Assembly (NCBI GenBank): GCA_030390025.1
Contig: CM059444.1
Location: 46,748,001-46,812,000 of the forward strand
From: Squalus acanthias
Lineage: Eukaryota
DNA length: 64,000 nt
Direction of reading: 5' to 3'
Numbering within the stretch: the stretch's first letter is position 1; each line of letters starts with the position of its first letter. Below, one piece after another: positions 50,060 through 63,857 of the stretch. The notes beneath the pieces were generated by a model. That model saw only the letters and a list, made by a program, of their open reading frames with translations, was not told where the DNA came from and searched no databases. The position numbers were made by a program, and so were the translations under genes.

Positions 50060-52788
50060 TCATAGTAATAGTGCATCAGCGAATAAGGGGAAATCAGGGA
50101 CTAATAGTAAAAAGTTAAAATTAAAGGCTATTATCTGAATGCACAAAGCATTCCAAACAATATAGATGAATTATTGGCACAAATAGAGATAAATTGGTTT
50201 GATTTAATAGCCATTACAGAGACATGATTGCACGATGACCACGGTTGGGAACTAAATATTCCAGGGTACTTGACTTTTTGAAAAGACAAGCAGAATGGAA
50301 AGGAGGGGGGTAGCCCTGATAATAATGGATGACTCAAGGACAGTAGTGAGAAAGGACCTTGGCTCAGAAGGTCAGGAAGTAGAATCAGTATGGGTGGAGA
50401 TAAGAAATAGAAATAACAAGGGGCAGAAAACACTGGTGGGAGTAGTTTATAGGCCCCCTAACAGTAGCTATATCATTGGACAGAGTATTAATCAAGAAAT
50501 AATAGGAGCTTGTAACAAAGGTAATGCAATAATCATGGGGGACTTTAATCTTCACATAGACTGGGTAAATCAAATTGGCAAAGGTAGTCTGGAGGACGAC
50601 TTCATGGAATGCATTCGAGACAGTTTCCTAGAATAATATGTGATGGAACCAACCAAGGAACAGGCGATTTTAGATATTGTATTGTGTAATGAGACAGGGT
50701 TAATTAGTAATCTCATAGTAAAGGATCCTCTGGGGAAGAGTGATCATAATATGATAGAATTTCATTTTGGGTTTGTGAGTGAAATATTTCAGTCGGAAAC
50801 GAGAGTCTTAAACTTAAATAAACTAATTACATAGGTATGAGGGGTGAGTTGGCCAAGGTAGATTGGGAAATTTAAAAGGTATGACAGTAGTTAAGCAGTG
50901 GCAAACATTTAAAGAAAAATTCTAAAATTCTCAACGAATATACATTCCATGGAGAAATATAAACTCAACAGGAATTTTTTTTCCATCTGTGTCAACTAAA
51001 GAAGTTAAGGATAGTATTAGGTTAAAAGAGGCTTATAATGTTGTGGAGAATAGTAGTAAGCCTAAGGATTGGGTGGGCTTTAGAAACCAGCAAAGGATGA
51101 CCAAAAATTGATAAAAAGGGAAAAAATAGAATGAGAGTAAGCTAGCAAGAAATATAAAAACAGACTGTAAGAGCTTCTACAAGTAAAAAGGAAGTGAGTA
51201 GCAAAAGAAGCGTTGGTCCCTTTTAGAGGCTGAGACAGGAGAAATTATAATGGGGAAACAAGGAAATGGCAGAGCCTTTAAACAAATATTTTGTATCTGT
51301 CTTCACAGTAGAAGACACAAAAAGCATACCAAAAATAGTGGGGAACTAAGGGGCTAATGAGAGTGAGGAACTTAAAGTAATTAATATCAGTAGAGAAAAA
51401 GTACTTGAGAAACTAATGGGATTAAAAGCCAACAAATCCGCTGGACCTGATGACCTAAATCCTAGGGTTCTAAAAGAGGTGGCTGCAGAGATAGTGGGTG
51501 CATTGGTTGTGACCTTTAAAAATTCCCTAGATTCTAGAATGGCCCCAGTGGATTGGAAGGTAGAAAATGTAACCCCGCTATTCAAGATAGGAGGGAGAGA
51601 GAAAACAGGGAACTACAGGCCAGATAGCCCGACATCAGCTGTTGGGAAAATGCTGGAATCCATTATTAAGGAAGTGAGAACAGGGCACTTAGAAAATCAT
51701 AATATGATTAGGCAGAATCAACATGGTTTTATGAAAGGGAAATCATGCTTAACAAATTTATTAGAATTTTTGAGAATGTAACTAGCAGGGTAGATAAAGG
51801 GGAACCAGTGGAGTGCAGTATATTTAGATTTCCAAAAGGCATTCAATAAGGTGCCACATTAAACGTCGTTATGCAAGATAAGGGCTCATGGGGATTGGGG
51901 GTAATATATTAGCATGGATAGAGGATTAGTTAACAGACAGAAAACAGAAAGTAGGGATAAATGGATCATTTTCAGGTTGGCAGGCTGTAACTAGTGGGGT
52001 GCTGCAAGGATCAGGGCTTGGGTCTCAGCTATTTACAATTTATATTAATGGCGTAGATGAAGGGACCGTGTTTAATGTATCCAAGGTGACGACACAAAGC
52101 TAGGTGGGAAAGTAAACTGCGAGGAGGACACAAAGTGCCTGCAAAGGGATATAGACAGGTTAAGTTAGTGGACAATAAGGTGGCAGATAATGTGGGGAAA
52201 TGTGAGGTTATTCACTTTGATAGGAAAAATAGAAAAACAGAATATTTTTTAAATGGTGAGAAACTACTAAATGTTGGTGTTCAGAGAGATTTAGGTGTCC
52301 TCGTACAGGAAACACAAAGTTAGCATGCAGGTACAGCAAGCAATAAGGAAGGCAAATGGAATGTTGGCCATTATTGCAAGGGGGTTGGAGTACAAGAGTA
52401 AGGAAGTCTTGCTACAATTGTACAGGGCTTTAGTGAGACCACACCTGGAGTACTGTGTACAGTTTTGGTCTCCTTATCTGCCTTAGAGGCAGTGCAACAA
52501 AGGTTCACTAGATTGATTCCTGGGATGAGAGGGTTGTCCTATAAGGAGAGATTGAGCCTATATTCTCTGGAGTTTAGAAGAATTTGGAATTCTCTACCCC
52601 AAAGGGCTGTGGATGCTGAATCGTTGAGTATAGATAGATAGATTTTTGGGCTGTAGGGGAATCAAGGGATATGGAGATCGGGCGGGAAAGTGGAATTGAG
52701 GTCGAAGATCAGCCATGATCTTATTGAATGGCGGAGCAGGCTTGAGGTGCTGTATAGCCTACTCCTGCTCCTAATTCTTATGTTCTTA
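50060..52788 (+). mobile_element. CR1 (HER1-like) LINE, APE domain to 3' tail, frameshifted
   Basis: VYRPP, MGDFN, LGKSDHN and RT motifs; tail TTCTTATGTTCTT; empty site visible at about 46456-46461. Confidence 0.92.
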
Positions 52789-54364
52789 ATTCTGTTGCAT
52801 TTAATTCAAATGTTTTCTACAATGATGGTAGTGTACTCCTTTGCTTGCTGACACTGTCTTTCAGAAGCTAGGGAAGGGAGTTCCCTGAAGTGTGTCAATA
52901 TTTGCAGGGAGTCCCCCACACAGAAAATTTCAAAAACCACTGCTCCAAACTAGTCTGAGGTATTATGCAAATATATGCTATCATAACTTTAAAAATAAGT
53001 AGTGCTGGACTGGCAATAATTTTATCAACCACCTGCCTCTGCAACCAAATTCAGACACAATCCACCGTTGTTGAGGCTCCAAGGCAGCTGACCCAGTTAT
53101 CTCAAGTGCCTAAATTTCCTCCTCTAAACTACAGCTCTAAATTGGCCAACTGCTGCCTCAATCTTTGCCGCTACTGTCCCACTGCCTGTCATTTCTTGCT
53201 TAGGTTTTTATGCTGCATCTATCACCCTGACTCTCTTGGATGTTCACAGCTTCTCCAACGTCCTTGCACATCACAATCTACTTCTATCTCCTTGTTGCTC
53301 ACAGCCCTCACTAACCTTCCTGCTGTCCACAACCTTCTGCGACATCGTTGTCGCTGACCTTCCTCACACATACTGGACTTCACCAACCCTATACAGAATC
53401 CAACTTCCTCCAATCTTTCTCAACAATCCCAGAATAACCACTGGATATCCCCATTCATCATGCCCTTACTGCAATGACTTCATTACCAAGTCTAGCTCTC
53501 TGCCTCTTGTCCAGGTAATTTAAGTTATGTCCTTGTGACCAATTATGTTCGTATACTGGCTGCCGTACTGGACCCATTCTACTTTGGCCACATCCTAATC
53601 CCGCTCCACTCTTTCTTGCTCTCCATTTTTCCTTTCATGCCTTTTCTTTTTTTCAAAGCAACATTTCCCATCCAGCTCCCAGCCACCCTATTCTTCTTGC
53701 AGAGCAACTTCTTCCCCTGCTGCTGTTCCACGCTTGAGTCGATTCTGGGTGATCTTCAGCCTCCTTCTGCTCAACCATTGGTGTCGTCTGGCACACCAAC
53801 CGATGCTAGCTCTTCCTGAGTAGCTACACCAACAGTCGCATCTGTGTCTCCTGGCAACAATCCCATCCTTCTTTAACCTTCTCCCTCCCCAACCTCATCA
53901 GCGAGTCATATACCTCCACTTGCTGCATATTGCCCTTCAAAATGTTCACTCCTTTGTAAGCAAGGTCACCACCATCCACGACCTCATCGTGCACGAATGA
54001 ATTAGCATTTTGCTGCTGACAGAAATCTGGCTTATGGATGGTTATTTTTTTTCCTCACCTTGCCCTTTGATCTTTTCACTCTGACCTCATTCATTTCCAT
54101 TCCCTTCCCCCTCAACTCTAGTAGTGGTGGCAGAACTTAGAGCCATTTCGGTTATAGTGTGTGGGATCCCCTCTCCTAAACCCCTCTGACTCCAAGTCTT
54201 AAAAAGCCTTCTCAAAAACCATCTCCTCAACCAAGCTTTTGATCCAATCTCCTAACACGTACACTAATACTCAGTGTATGCTCCTCTTCCTTGCCTCTGA
54301 TGCGCCTTGGGATGTTTTACTATGTTAAAGGCATCACATAACTGCAAATTATTCTTTTCCAAAC

Positions 54365-54640
54365 CATTTAATCTGTTTTAATGACGCTGACTGAGGGATA
54401 AATATTAGCCAGGGCACCAGAGATAACTCCCCTGCTCTTCTTCGAAATATCGCCATGGGATCTTTTACATCCACCTGAGAGAGCAGACAGAGCCTAGGTT
54501 TAATGTCTCATCCGAAAGACGGCACCTCTGACAGTGCAGCACTCCCTCAGTACTGCACTAGAGTGTCGGTCTAGATTTTTGTGCTCAAGTCTCTGAAGTG
54601 GAACTTGAACCCACAACCTTCTGACTCAGAAAAGAGAGTG
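54365..54640 (-). mobile_element. tRNA-derived DeuSINE (SacSINE1-like)
   Basis: Reverse complement of 63858-64000, including B box GGTTCAAGT. Confidence 0.8.
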
Positions 54641-55450
54641 TAACAGTATGGATAGGAAGTTGGTTAATTGACAGAAAACAGAGTAGGGGTTAATGGATGT
54701 TTTTTTGGATTGGGAGATATAAGCAGTGCTATCATCCTTGGGCCAGTGTTGGGACCATCAAGTTCTGGATGGGTACAGGGGCCAAATATGAAAATATGCA
54801 GATATTTTGAGTGTGGTCAACTGCGGCGAGAACTGTAAGCGGTTTCCGGAAGACACAGACAGGTTAGCAAATTGGGCAGATAGATGTCAAATGAAATTTA
54901 TCACAGAAAAATGTGAGATGATACATTTTGATTAGATGAATATGGACATTTACACTAGTTGGTAAAAATTTAAAAAGAGCAGAGAGACACAGAGGTCCAG
55001 ATGCACAAATCTCGAAGTGGGAGGACAAGTTGACAAAGTTGTTTTTAAAAAAAAACAAAGGTGACCCTAGGTTTTAGACTACAAAAGCGAAGAGATGATG
55101 CTAAAATCTATACAAATCATTTGTTAGGCCTCAGTTAAAATATTGTGTCCAGTTTTGAGTGCCTTACTTTAAGAACGATGTCAAGTCTATGAAGAGGGTG
55201 CAAAGATTCATTAATATGATACCAGGGATGAAAGGCTTAAGTTAAAAGGAAATATTAGAGAAACTGGTGTTCTTTTCATTAGAACAAAGAAGATTGGAAG
55301 ATCTCATGGAGATGTTCAAAATTAGGAGGCGTTTTGATGAGTTAAATAGGGAAAACTCATTCCACTGGTCAGCGAGTCAGTGGGCATAAATTTAAGATTA
55401 AGATTATCAGCCAAAGAACAAAGGGAGACATGAAGAGAATTTTTTTCCAA
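54640..55450 (+). mobile_element. Degraded CR1 RT fragment
   Basis: Similar to other CR1 copies; first part duplicated at about 48330-48790. Confidence 0.75.
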
Positions 55451-55622
55451 GTAGATCCTTATTTAAGTGTCAGAAATTTCCAGCTCGCAACTAAAAAATA
55501 AAAATTGACAGACAATAAAAAAGGGACTAAGCTAAATCAAAATCCACAGCTCAAGAGCAGTAATAGTAACAATTATTCATGTCCCTTTCGACATCACACA
55601 AATACAAAAAATATTTCCTTAC

Positions 55623-55794
55623 ACACTGGGAACCCAGAGGCGGACTGTTTTATCTCGGGACGCAGAAGCCACTAAGTGACCAGAGGGCGAGAACTGGACT
55701 GAGAGGACTGCATCTTTGTGACCTACAAATCGATAGGCTCTCATCTGTGGTTTCAAATTCCAGATCATGACACAGGAATCCATTGATCCAGTTG
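55623..55794 (-). CDS. POC1A: POC1A coding exon 3 ([58 protein letters not shown])
   Basis: 172 nt, taacag|CA...GT|gtaag; WD40 repeat; GSMDSC is POC1A-like rather than POC1B-like; inside ORF 55619..55852. Confidence 0.96.
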
Positions 55795-56859
55795 CTGTTA
55801 AAAGAAAACAACTTTTAATTTTTGTTTCAAACCTGCAACATAATTTATACATTTTCCTTGTTTAAAATGATGTATTAAAAGCAGTCTCCTTCAACTCCCT
55901 TTCCTACATTTGTATACTGAGTGCACAACCGCCCAATTGCATAATCCTTCGGTTATGTAATTTCTATGATTCTATGACAACTATGCCTCCCAACACACAT
56001 CTGCTAATTTTGATAAGTGTATAAAAACTGCATAATAGAAGTCAGGTTTTTGGAGCAGGATCTCTTTGCTCGTTGCAGGAACAAAGGCTACCCAAAAGCT
56101 CCGAAGGTGGCAATACTACTCTTCTTTTCTCTCACCAACTTTCTCCCTCCTGTTCCTTTCCTCTCTTGAAGGTATTGACTCCTTCCTGGAGATACACAGT
56201 TACCACAGCCAATATTCATCCATAAGCCTTGCCATCAAGTGTCAGCAAACGATTCAATAGTGAAGACATCACAGCCAAACCCAATTCTGTCCTCATCCAA
56301 CAACCACACACAAACTGCCACCAGGGCTCACTGGATACAGATTAGGAGCATGACTTCTGGCTGATTTTCATCTCCTTAAGCCAAGGGGGGGGGGGGATGA
56401 GACCAATTGTGCCCTCGCCACTATCCCAGCTGAGATTGGGGACTGAACCTTGGGCTTTCCTGGTCTATGTGGCTCACCTAGTCAATGGATAAACCAGCTG
56501 AGCCATCAGATGAGCCAATACGACTGTGAAAAATAAGCAACTATCCAGCCTTTTGGACTATTAGTGTGAAACAAAATAGATGAAGTCTGGTGCCACCTGT
56601 GTAATATTTGTAAATTAGCAAAGCTTAAAAAAAAGTGAGCCAAAATTATGTTCATTCTTTCATTTTCAGCAGTTTATGCACCTTTAAGGATCTATATAGA
56701 AGCACTGATCTTCCACAAATTTGGTATTTAAGATTCAAAGCATTCATCGAAATAATCAATTTTAAGAAACTGTCTACTAACTACAGGCATAATATTATCA
56801 TTGCTTTTAGTAAAGAGTCGCAATATTGAATTATACTTTCTCCCAACCAACAGGAATCA

Positions 56860-58425
56860 TTAGAGTCATTAGGGAAAAGGGCAAGGAACAATCAAAGGTG
56901 AAGATACTCAACTCGAAGAGGGCTAATTTCAGTAAGTTGAAAAGGGATCTAGCCCAGGTGGATTGGAAACAAAGATTGGCAGGCAAAGCAGTAAATGAGC
57001 AATGGGAGGCCTACAAGGAGGAGATAGTTTGGGTACAGAATAAACACATTCCTGATAGGGAAACAATGGGCATCCAAAACCAGAGCTCTCTGGATGACTA
57101 AAGATATAGAGATTAAAATGAAACAGAAAAAAGGAGGCTTATGATAAATGTCAGATTCATAATACAGTAGAAAATCAAGCAGAATGCAGAAAGTGCAGAG
57201 GAGAACTGAAAAAGGAAATAAGGGCAAAGAGAGTGTACGAGAAAGATTAGCAGGTAACATAAAAGGGAACATAAAAATCTTTTATAAACATATAAAAAAT
57301 AAAAGGATATTCAAAAGGAAGGGTGAGGCCGATTAGGGACCAAAAAGGAAATCTTCTTGTGGAGGCAGAGGACATGGCTGAGGTACTAATTGGGTACATT
57401 GCATCTGCCTTCACAAAAGAAGAGGATGCTGCCAATGTCACAGTAAAAGAGTAGGGGGAGAGAAATTGGATAGGATGAAAGTAGATAAAGAATGTACAAC
57501 AAAGGTTGTAGCGCTTAAAGTAGAAAAGTCACTTTGGCCTACTCCTGCTCCTATTTTGCTATGTTTCACCCGGTCCAGATGGGTTGCATCCTAGGTTGCT
57601 GAGGGAAGGGTGGAAATCGTGAAGTCTCTGGCCATAATCTTTCAATCCTCTTTGGATATGGAAGTGGTGCCAGAGGACTGGAGGGTTGCAAATGTTACAC
57701 CCCTGTTCAAAAAAAGAGGGATAAACCCAGTAACTGCAGGCCAGTCAGCCTAATGTCGGTGATGGGGAAACTTCTAGAGACCATAATCCGGACAAAATTT
57801 GTCACTTAGAAAAACGTGGGTTAATAAATGACAGCCAACACAGAGGACATAGGTAGACTGGTGAAATGGACAGACACATGGCAGATGAAATTTAATGCAG
57901 AGAAGTGTAAGTGATTCATTTTGGAAGGAAGAACAAGGAGAGGCAATGTAAACTAAATGGTATAATTTTAAAGGGGGTGCAGGAACAGAGACCTGGGGAT
58001 TCACATACACAAATCTTAGAAGGTGGCAGGAAAAGTTGAGAAGGCTGTTAAAAAGCATATGGGATCCTTGGCTTTATAAATAGTGGCATAGAATATAAAA
58101 GCAAGGAAGTTATGCTAAACCTTTGTAAATTACTGGTTAGGCCTCAGGCTGGGGTATTCTGTCCAATTCTGGGCACCACACTTTAGGAAGGATGCCTGAG
58201 AAGGTGCAGAGGAGAAACTGTTTCCACTGACAGGAAGGTCGATAACCAGAGGACACAGATTTAAAATCATTGGCAAAAGAACCAGGGGAAAGATAATTAG
58301 AATTTTTTTTTTTTACGCAGTGAGTTGTTATGATCTGAAATGCGCTGCCTGAAAGGGCGGTGGAAGCAGACTGAATAGTAACTTCCAAAAGGGAATTAGA
58401 TACATACTTGAAGAGGAAAAATTCA
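56860..58425 (+). mobile_element. CR1 LINE fragment with internal deletions
   Basis: RANFSKLKRDLAQVDW peptide, PGPDG-like and 3' motifs. Confidence 0.8.
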
Positions 58426-59742
58426 ATGATTGTGTCTAGCAATATTTAGAAAGGGAATACCAGGGTCTGGGAGTCAGACTCAGAAGAGCGTACCATAGTT
58501 CTGAGAACACTGGACAAGGAAGCTCTACGAACACTGGGGCAAGTCCTTGAATCGAGCATCACTAGAAGATGATCCCTGGAATCTTGGGAGATTGGGGAGG
58601 GAAATCTCATGCTCTGGCATCATGGGACACTTCGCAATGTAGTCTAGGTGTTTATGAACAATGCAAGAGGGTGCCAGGATCCGAGAGCTGATGGGAGGGA
58701 AGCGGACTCAGGAGGGGATCCTGGGCCCCAGCAGAACTTAAAGGGTTTGGATGAATTGGAAGTCTCGTGGTCAGAATTAAGGACAACATACACAGAACCT
58801 AAATACCCCAACACCTTTTCCCTGGACACACTGCAGTGGGCAGAGGAGGATCCAACAGCTTTATGTGGAGGAGGACCATGGAGAATGGGACCCAAACTGC
58901 CATTGGTCCCTATCAAACCATACAGATAGATCATGTAACATTGAAATTCCCATTAGGGCATCACCTAGTGGCATGACAGGAAATAGCTACAGGTAAGTGT
59001 AGCAGGTATGTATTGACATTTTAACACTGGAATTCCCATTGGAACTGTTTATGGTTTCAATTGAGCATGCGGCCTACACAAGATTTTTAATAAGATATGA
59101 AAGATAGATATATTCATATTATAATATAAAAATGTTGCGACTGTTGTGTCTGTCTTGAATGGCTGTCAATTTTTTTCTTCCTCATTGGTTAAGTCTCTGT
59201 ATTTCTCCTTTGTAATTGGTTATCTTCTGCAGATAGTAGGATAGTAAAAATGTGGGGTCGCACAGTTATTCCAGAATTTCATTTCATAGCTTTTGGACTC
59301 GAGCAGAAGTCACACAGAATCATTCCTAATGACATTAAGAAAATGGTCTACTGTCTACATTACTGAAGATTGTGTACATAATTTTCAAAAGATGTGGACT
59401 TGATAAGCTTTTTATTTTCTTTCCTGATTCCATTTTTTGTATTCTTCTAGCTGCTGTAAGCAAAGCCAAAGTCTGTACCTACAGTGATGGTAGCCCAGTT
59501 CAGAACAGCCGGTTGAGGATCTGGATGTTTTGGTTATACATGATCGACACTGATGTTGGCTGATCTCTGACCTGGAGAAAAAAATCTTGGGTTTTGACTG
59601 ATGTTGGAATAGGTAATTTGACCTCTTGAAAACTCCAATGTCTTCTCCCTGAACACACAAGTGGTCACATCTGTGATCCCCTAACTTTATGCATGTCCCA
59701 AAAGATTATAAATTGATAGTTTCCTCAGGAAATGCAACATAC

Positions 59743-59827
59743 CTAACTGTTTCATGTTAGAGTTAAAGTCGATACTTGTGATGGTGTCGCGATGGCCTTT
59801 AAAGTGCCGTTCCAATGCTGGATCCTC
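59743..59827 (-). CDS. POC1A: POC1A coding exon 2 ([28 protein letters not shown])
   Basis: 85 nt, ctttgtag|GAG...TTAG|gtatg; peptide matches the POC1A N-terminus ([14 protein letters not shown]) as I recall it. Confidence 0.95.
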
Positions 59828-60924
59828 CTACAAAGTGAAGAAAAGTGAAACCTTAAATATTTGTACATACATCAACTGCACCATTCAATAAACCTAGCTA
59901 CAGTATGTTACTTTTTAAATGATGTCACATCTTTGTATAAAAGAAAGCATTTCCACACAAAAACTGTTTTTATAATTATTTCATATATAAGTAAACTGTG
60001 CCCCCCACAAGCCCTACCTTCCAGCCAGTTTAGCATTGAAGCTCCGCCCTTCCACAAGCAGTGAGCTGCTGCGGAATGCCCGTTTGGCACCCACAGCTTC
60101 CTGGCTACAATCGAACGAGACCCAAACCTGAAAATGGTGTGGGTCTCCCAACACCAGCTTCAGGTGGGCAGTGTGGCTGTTTTGCCGGCTTCACATCTGG
60201 CTCGGACAGAAATTGAAGACTCCCCCACAACATGTCTCGATGGAGGAGGCTTGACGAACCTGATGGCCTTTTCCCACCCTTCATTTCGTATGTTCACATG
60301 TAACTTAAGGAGGCAGACATGTGCTGATCGGAATAGGTGGCAATGCTTATACCAGTTGTGATGTGCATTAAATTATAGACTATTGTGTCAACTCCCGCCA
60401 CACTATAGTTGATATATTACTATTGCATGGATAGATCATCATATTCAGCAGGTTTTAGTGAAAACAATGTAGTCACAGGCAGTTTCGGATTCCACACTCC
60501 ATTTACACCATTACAATCACAAATATGACACAAAAATCCAAATGTAACATTAGTGACCTGTACCTCTAACATTTCTTTCTCTGCCCTCATATTTTCCTCA
60601 TAGGCCACCATTAACTCTGGCATCTTTGCCTAGGTCTTTCACCTAGTCTATCCTGGTAACATTTTATTTTCCTATTTGCTCTCCATCTGTGGTGGTGTCA
60701 CCTTGCTGTCCTCTTGTCTTGCTTTTCTTGCCACATTTCCCACGCCAAGGAAACCCTCCAAAAACAAGTTTATGAATGCAGACGGCAATGGCGTTTATAC
60801 TACATATCCATTCACAATATCTCACCCAAGATGCATGGAGTTTCTCCAGCACACTGGAAATCCTACATTGAAATTTAGCTGAAGTAATTTTAAAAAATCA
60901 TAAGTTGATGGGGCCTTTATTACA

Positions 60925-63130
60925 ACAATAACCTGCAATTATATAGCACTTTTAACATAATAAAACTTTCCTAGGCACTTCACAGGAGAATAATCAGACA
61001 AAAATTGACACCAAGCCAAAGAAGGAAATATTAGGACAGCTGACTAAAAGCTTGGTCAAAGAGATAGGTTTTAAGGAGCATCTTAAAAGGGGGGGGGAAA
61101 GGAGAGAGGTAGAGAGGCGGAGAGGTTTGGGGAAATCATTCCAGAGGTTAGGACAAAGATGGATGAAGCCACGGCTGTTAATGGTGGGGCAAAGGTAGTG
61201 GGGGATGCACAAGAGGCCAGAGTTGGAGGAACACAGAGTTCCTGGAGGGTTGTTGGACAGAGGAGGTTACAGAGATAGGGAGGGATTTGAACACGTGGAT
61301 GCTAATTTTAAATTTGAGATGTTGGGGGACCAGGAGCCAATGTAGGTCAGCAAGGATAGAGGTGATGGGTGAACGAGACAGTGCGGGTTAGGATATGGGC
61401 AGCAGAGTTTTGGATGAGCTCAAGTTTATGGAGGGGGAAGATGGGAGGTCAGCTAGGAGAGCATTGGAATAGTGGAGTCTGGAGTTAACAAAGCATGAAT
61501 GAAGGTTTCAGCAGCAGAGAAGCAGAGGTGAAGACAGGCAATGTTACAGAGGTGGAATTCGGCGGTCTTTGTGATGGAGAGGCTATGGATTCTGAAGCTC
61601 AGCTCATAGTTAAGTATGATGCTGATGTTGCGAACAGTTTGGTTGAGCCTGAGACAGTGGCCAGGGAGTGGAATGGAATCGGTGGTGAGGGAACGGAATT
61701 TGTGGCAGGGGCCGAAGACAATGGCTTTGGTCTTCCCAATGTTTAACTGAAGGAAATTGCGGCTCATCCAGGACTGGCTGGCAGACGAGCAGTCTGATAG
61801 CACAGAGGCATGGTACAAGGACTAGGGGACACAGATTTAAGGTTTTGGGCAAGAGGGGGAGGTGAGGAAAAACTTCTTTACGCAGCGAGTGGTGAGGAAC
61901 TGGAACTCACTGCCGACGGAAGTGGTGGAAGCGGAGATACTCAATGTTTTCAAGGGGAGATGGGATAGGCACTTGAGGAAAATAAACTTGCAGGGCTACA
62001 GGGATAGAACGGGGGAATGGGACTGACTGGATTGCTCTAGAGAGCCGGCACAGACTGGATGGGCCGAATGGCCTCCTTCTGTGCCATTATGACTCTATGA
62101 GAGAGGTGGTGGTGAGGTAAGCAAAGTGTCATCAGCGAACAAGTGGAGCCTGGAGTCATGTCTGCAGATGATGTCACTGAGGAGCAGCATGTAGATGAGA
62201 AATAGGTGGTCAAGGATAGATCCTTGAGGGACTCCAGAGGTAACGGTACAGGGGTGAGAAGAGAAGCCATTGCAGGAGATTTTCTAGCTACCACTGGATA
62301 GGCAAGAGTGGAACCAGACAAGGGCAGTCCCACTGAGCTGGACAATGGAGGAGAGGCATTGGAGGAGGTTGACGTGGTCAACCGGGTTAAAGGCTGCAGG
62401 GGGTAGAGAAGGATGAGAAGGAATAGTGCACCACTGTCACAGAAGATGTCCCTTATGACTTTAGAGAGGAAAGGGAGGTTGAAGATGGGGCAGTAGTTTG
62501 CAAGGACAGAAGGGTCAAAGATTCTTTTTTTAAAAAAAGGAGGGGGTGATGACAGTATCAGCTAGCATGGGGGCCAGGAAGAGAAGTGAGACGGTAAGCA
62601 ATTTAGTGGGAATAGAGTCAAGAGAGCAGGAGGTGGGTCTCATGGATAAGATGAGCTTGGAGAGGGAAGATAGCAGAAAAAATACAGAAAGCAGCAAGTG
62701 CCGGGCTGGGTGTGCAAGGGGAAGGGAGGGAAGCGACAGAGGCAGCTGAATGGAAAGAAAGAATGAAAGAAAGACTTGCATTTATATAGCGCCTTTCACG
62801 ACCTCAGGACGTCCCAAAGCGCTTTACAGCCAATGAAGTACTTTTTGAAGTGTAGTCACTGTTGTAATGTAGGAAACGCAGAACGGATGGTGTCAATCTT
62901 AGCTTCAAAGCATTCCATAAGCTCCTCGCACTTGTTGGAGGAGAGGAGGCAGGGGAAAAGGGTTTAAGGAGACAGTTGGTAGCAGGGAGATAAGAAGCCA
63001 GGATAGCATCTTTGCATTCCAGGATGATCCTGGACTAATGAGCAGTTTTGGCAGAGGCGGAGAGGGGCCTCATACTGCTTGATGCGGTCCAGCCAGATCT
63101 GGCGATGAATGGCTAAACCAGTTAGCCATT
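60925..63130 (-). mobile_element. L2-clade LINE, decayed, with a nested CR1 3' end (about 61815-62100) and a SINE tail
   Basis: WMSRNFLQLNIGKTKAIVFG and CSLDSIPTKLL peptides; 3' end matches 17102-18060. Confidence 0.82.
62752..62880 (-). mobile_element. DeuSINE 3' tail
   Basis: Minus strand ...GGCGCTATATAAATGCAAGTCTTTCTTTC; another copy on + at about 29800-29962. Confidence 0.75.
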
Positions 63131-63279
63131 ATTAGTTGTATGATTGACTAAACGCACCTGTTTAAAATGGGCTGGTTCACTAAAATTGCAATTTAAATAC
63201 GAGCCTAAGTTGAAACTTCAGTCTAAGTGTGTTCGTCCGCACCTTGATTGTGTTGTTTTATGATGATGATGGATGTGAG

Positions 63280-63760
63280 GGTCGTCAAGTTGGGCGCGCG
63301 TCAGTGTAAGGAATAAATGTAAACACGGCAGCATTCGCGGTGCAACAGCTCAATCCGCCCGCCACCTGCAGTCTGCCAGCGCCGAGCGAAACGCTGCAAA
63401 TCCGCCCCCCATCCTCGGGCCCGGGCACCGACCCAGAAGCGGGCCTGGAAACAGCGGAGTCCGCATCGTGCTTCCAAGCCCCGAAACACCGAGCCGGAGG
63501 CGGATCAAATGTCCCACCCCACACGCCGCTCACTTACCAGCAGAGCGCTCATGTTGTTCCCACCAGTGTCGTCGGCCTGTCCTAGGCCCAACGCCGCCGC
63601 GTCTCCTTGGTTACCCGCCGCCTCCAACCGGCGCCTTCAGCTTCCGCGCGCAAAACGCCGCCGCCCCCAGGCCACGCCCCTCCCTTAAAGGCACAGGCAC
63701 ACCCCGAGTTTATCACAGCCGATTGATAAGACAATCGCGTCATATTCGTCGCCTAAAGCA
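63280..63760 (-). promoter_or_regulatory. CpG island / POC1A promoter and 5' UTR
   Basis: GC- and CpG-rich non-repeat tract spanning exon 1; X-box-like GTCTCCTTGGTTAC (63601-63614), E2F-like TTCCGCGCGCAAAA (63642-63655), GC/KLF box GCCACGCCCC (63671-63680). Confidence 0.8.
63538..63552 (-). CDS. POC1A: POC1A coding exon 1 (MSALL)
   Basis: Minus strand reads aacATGAGCGCTCTGCTG|gtaagt: ATG with A at -3, strong donor, phase 0 join to exon 2 (EDP...), inside a CpG island. Confidence 0.85.
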
Positions 63761-63857
63761 CTCAATACACCCTCCTCTCCCACTTATGGTAAGCTGATAT
63801 CCTAAACAAGCAACAGGCCACAGCAGTTTTATCACCACATTTTATTGAAGCATGTTG

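Larger units (their letters stand above)
48791..55100. repeat. Tandem duplication, copy 2, enlarged by later insertions
   Basis: Begins GTCATTACCCCTCTG like 44956 and ends AGATGATG like 48784-48791; 52789-54350 matches 46460-48040. Confidence 0.88.

Noticed and set aside
10080-63552. Calling the gene POC1B
   Set aside because: The 15-nt first exon is POC1B-like in length, but [28 protein letters not shown] and HGHQ follow POC1A as I recall both proteins.
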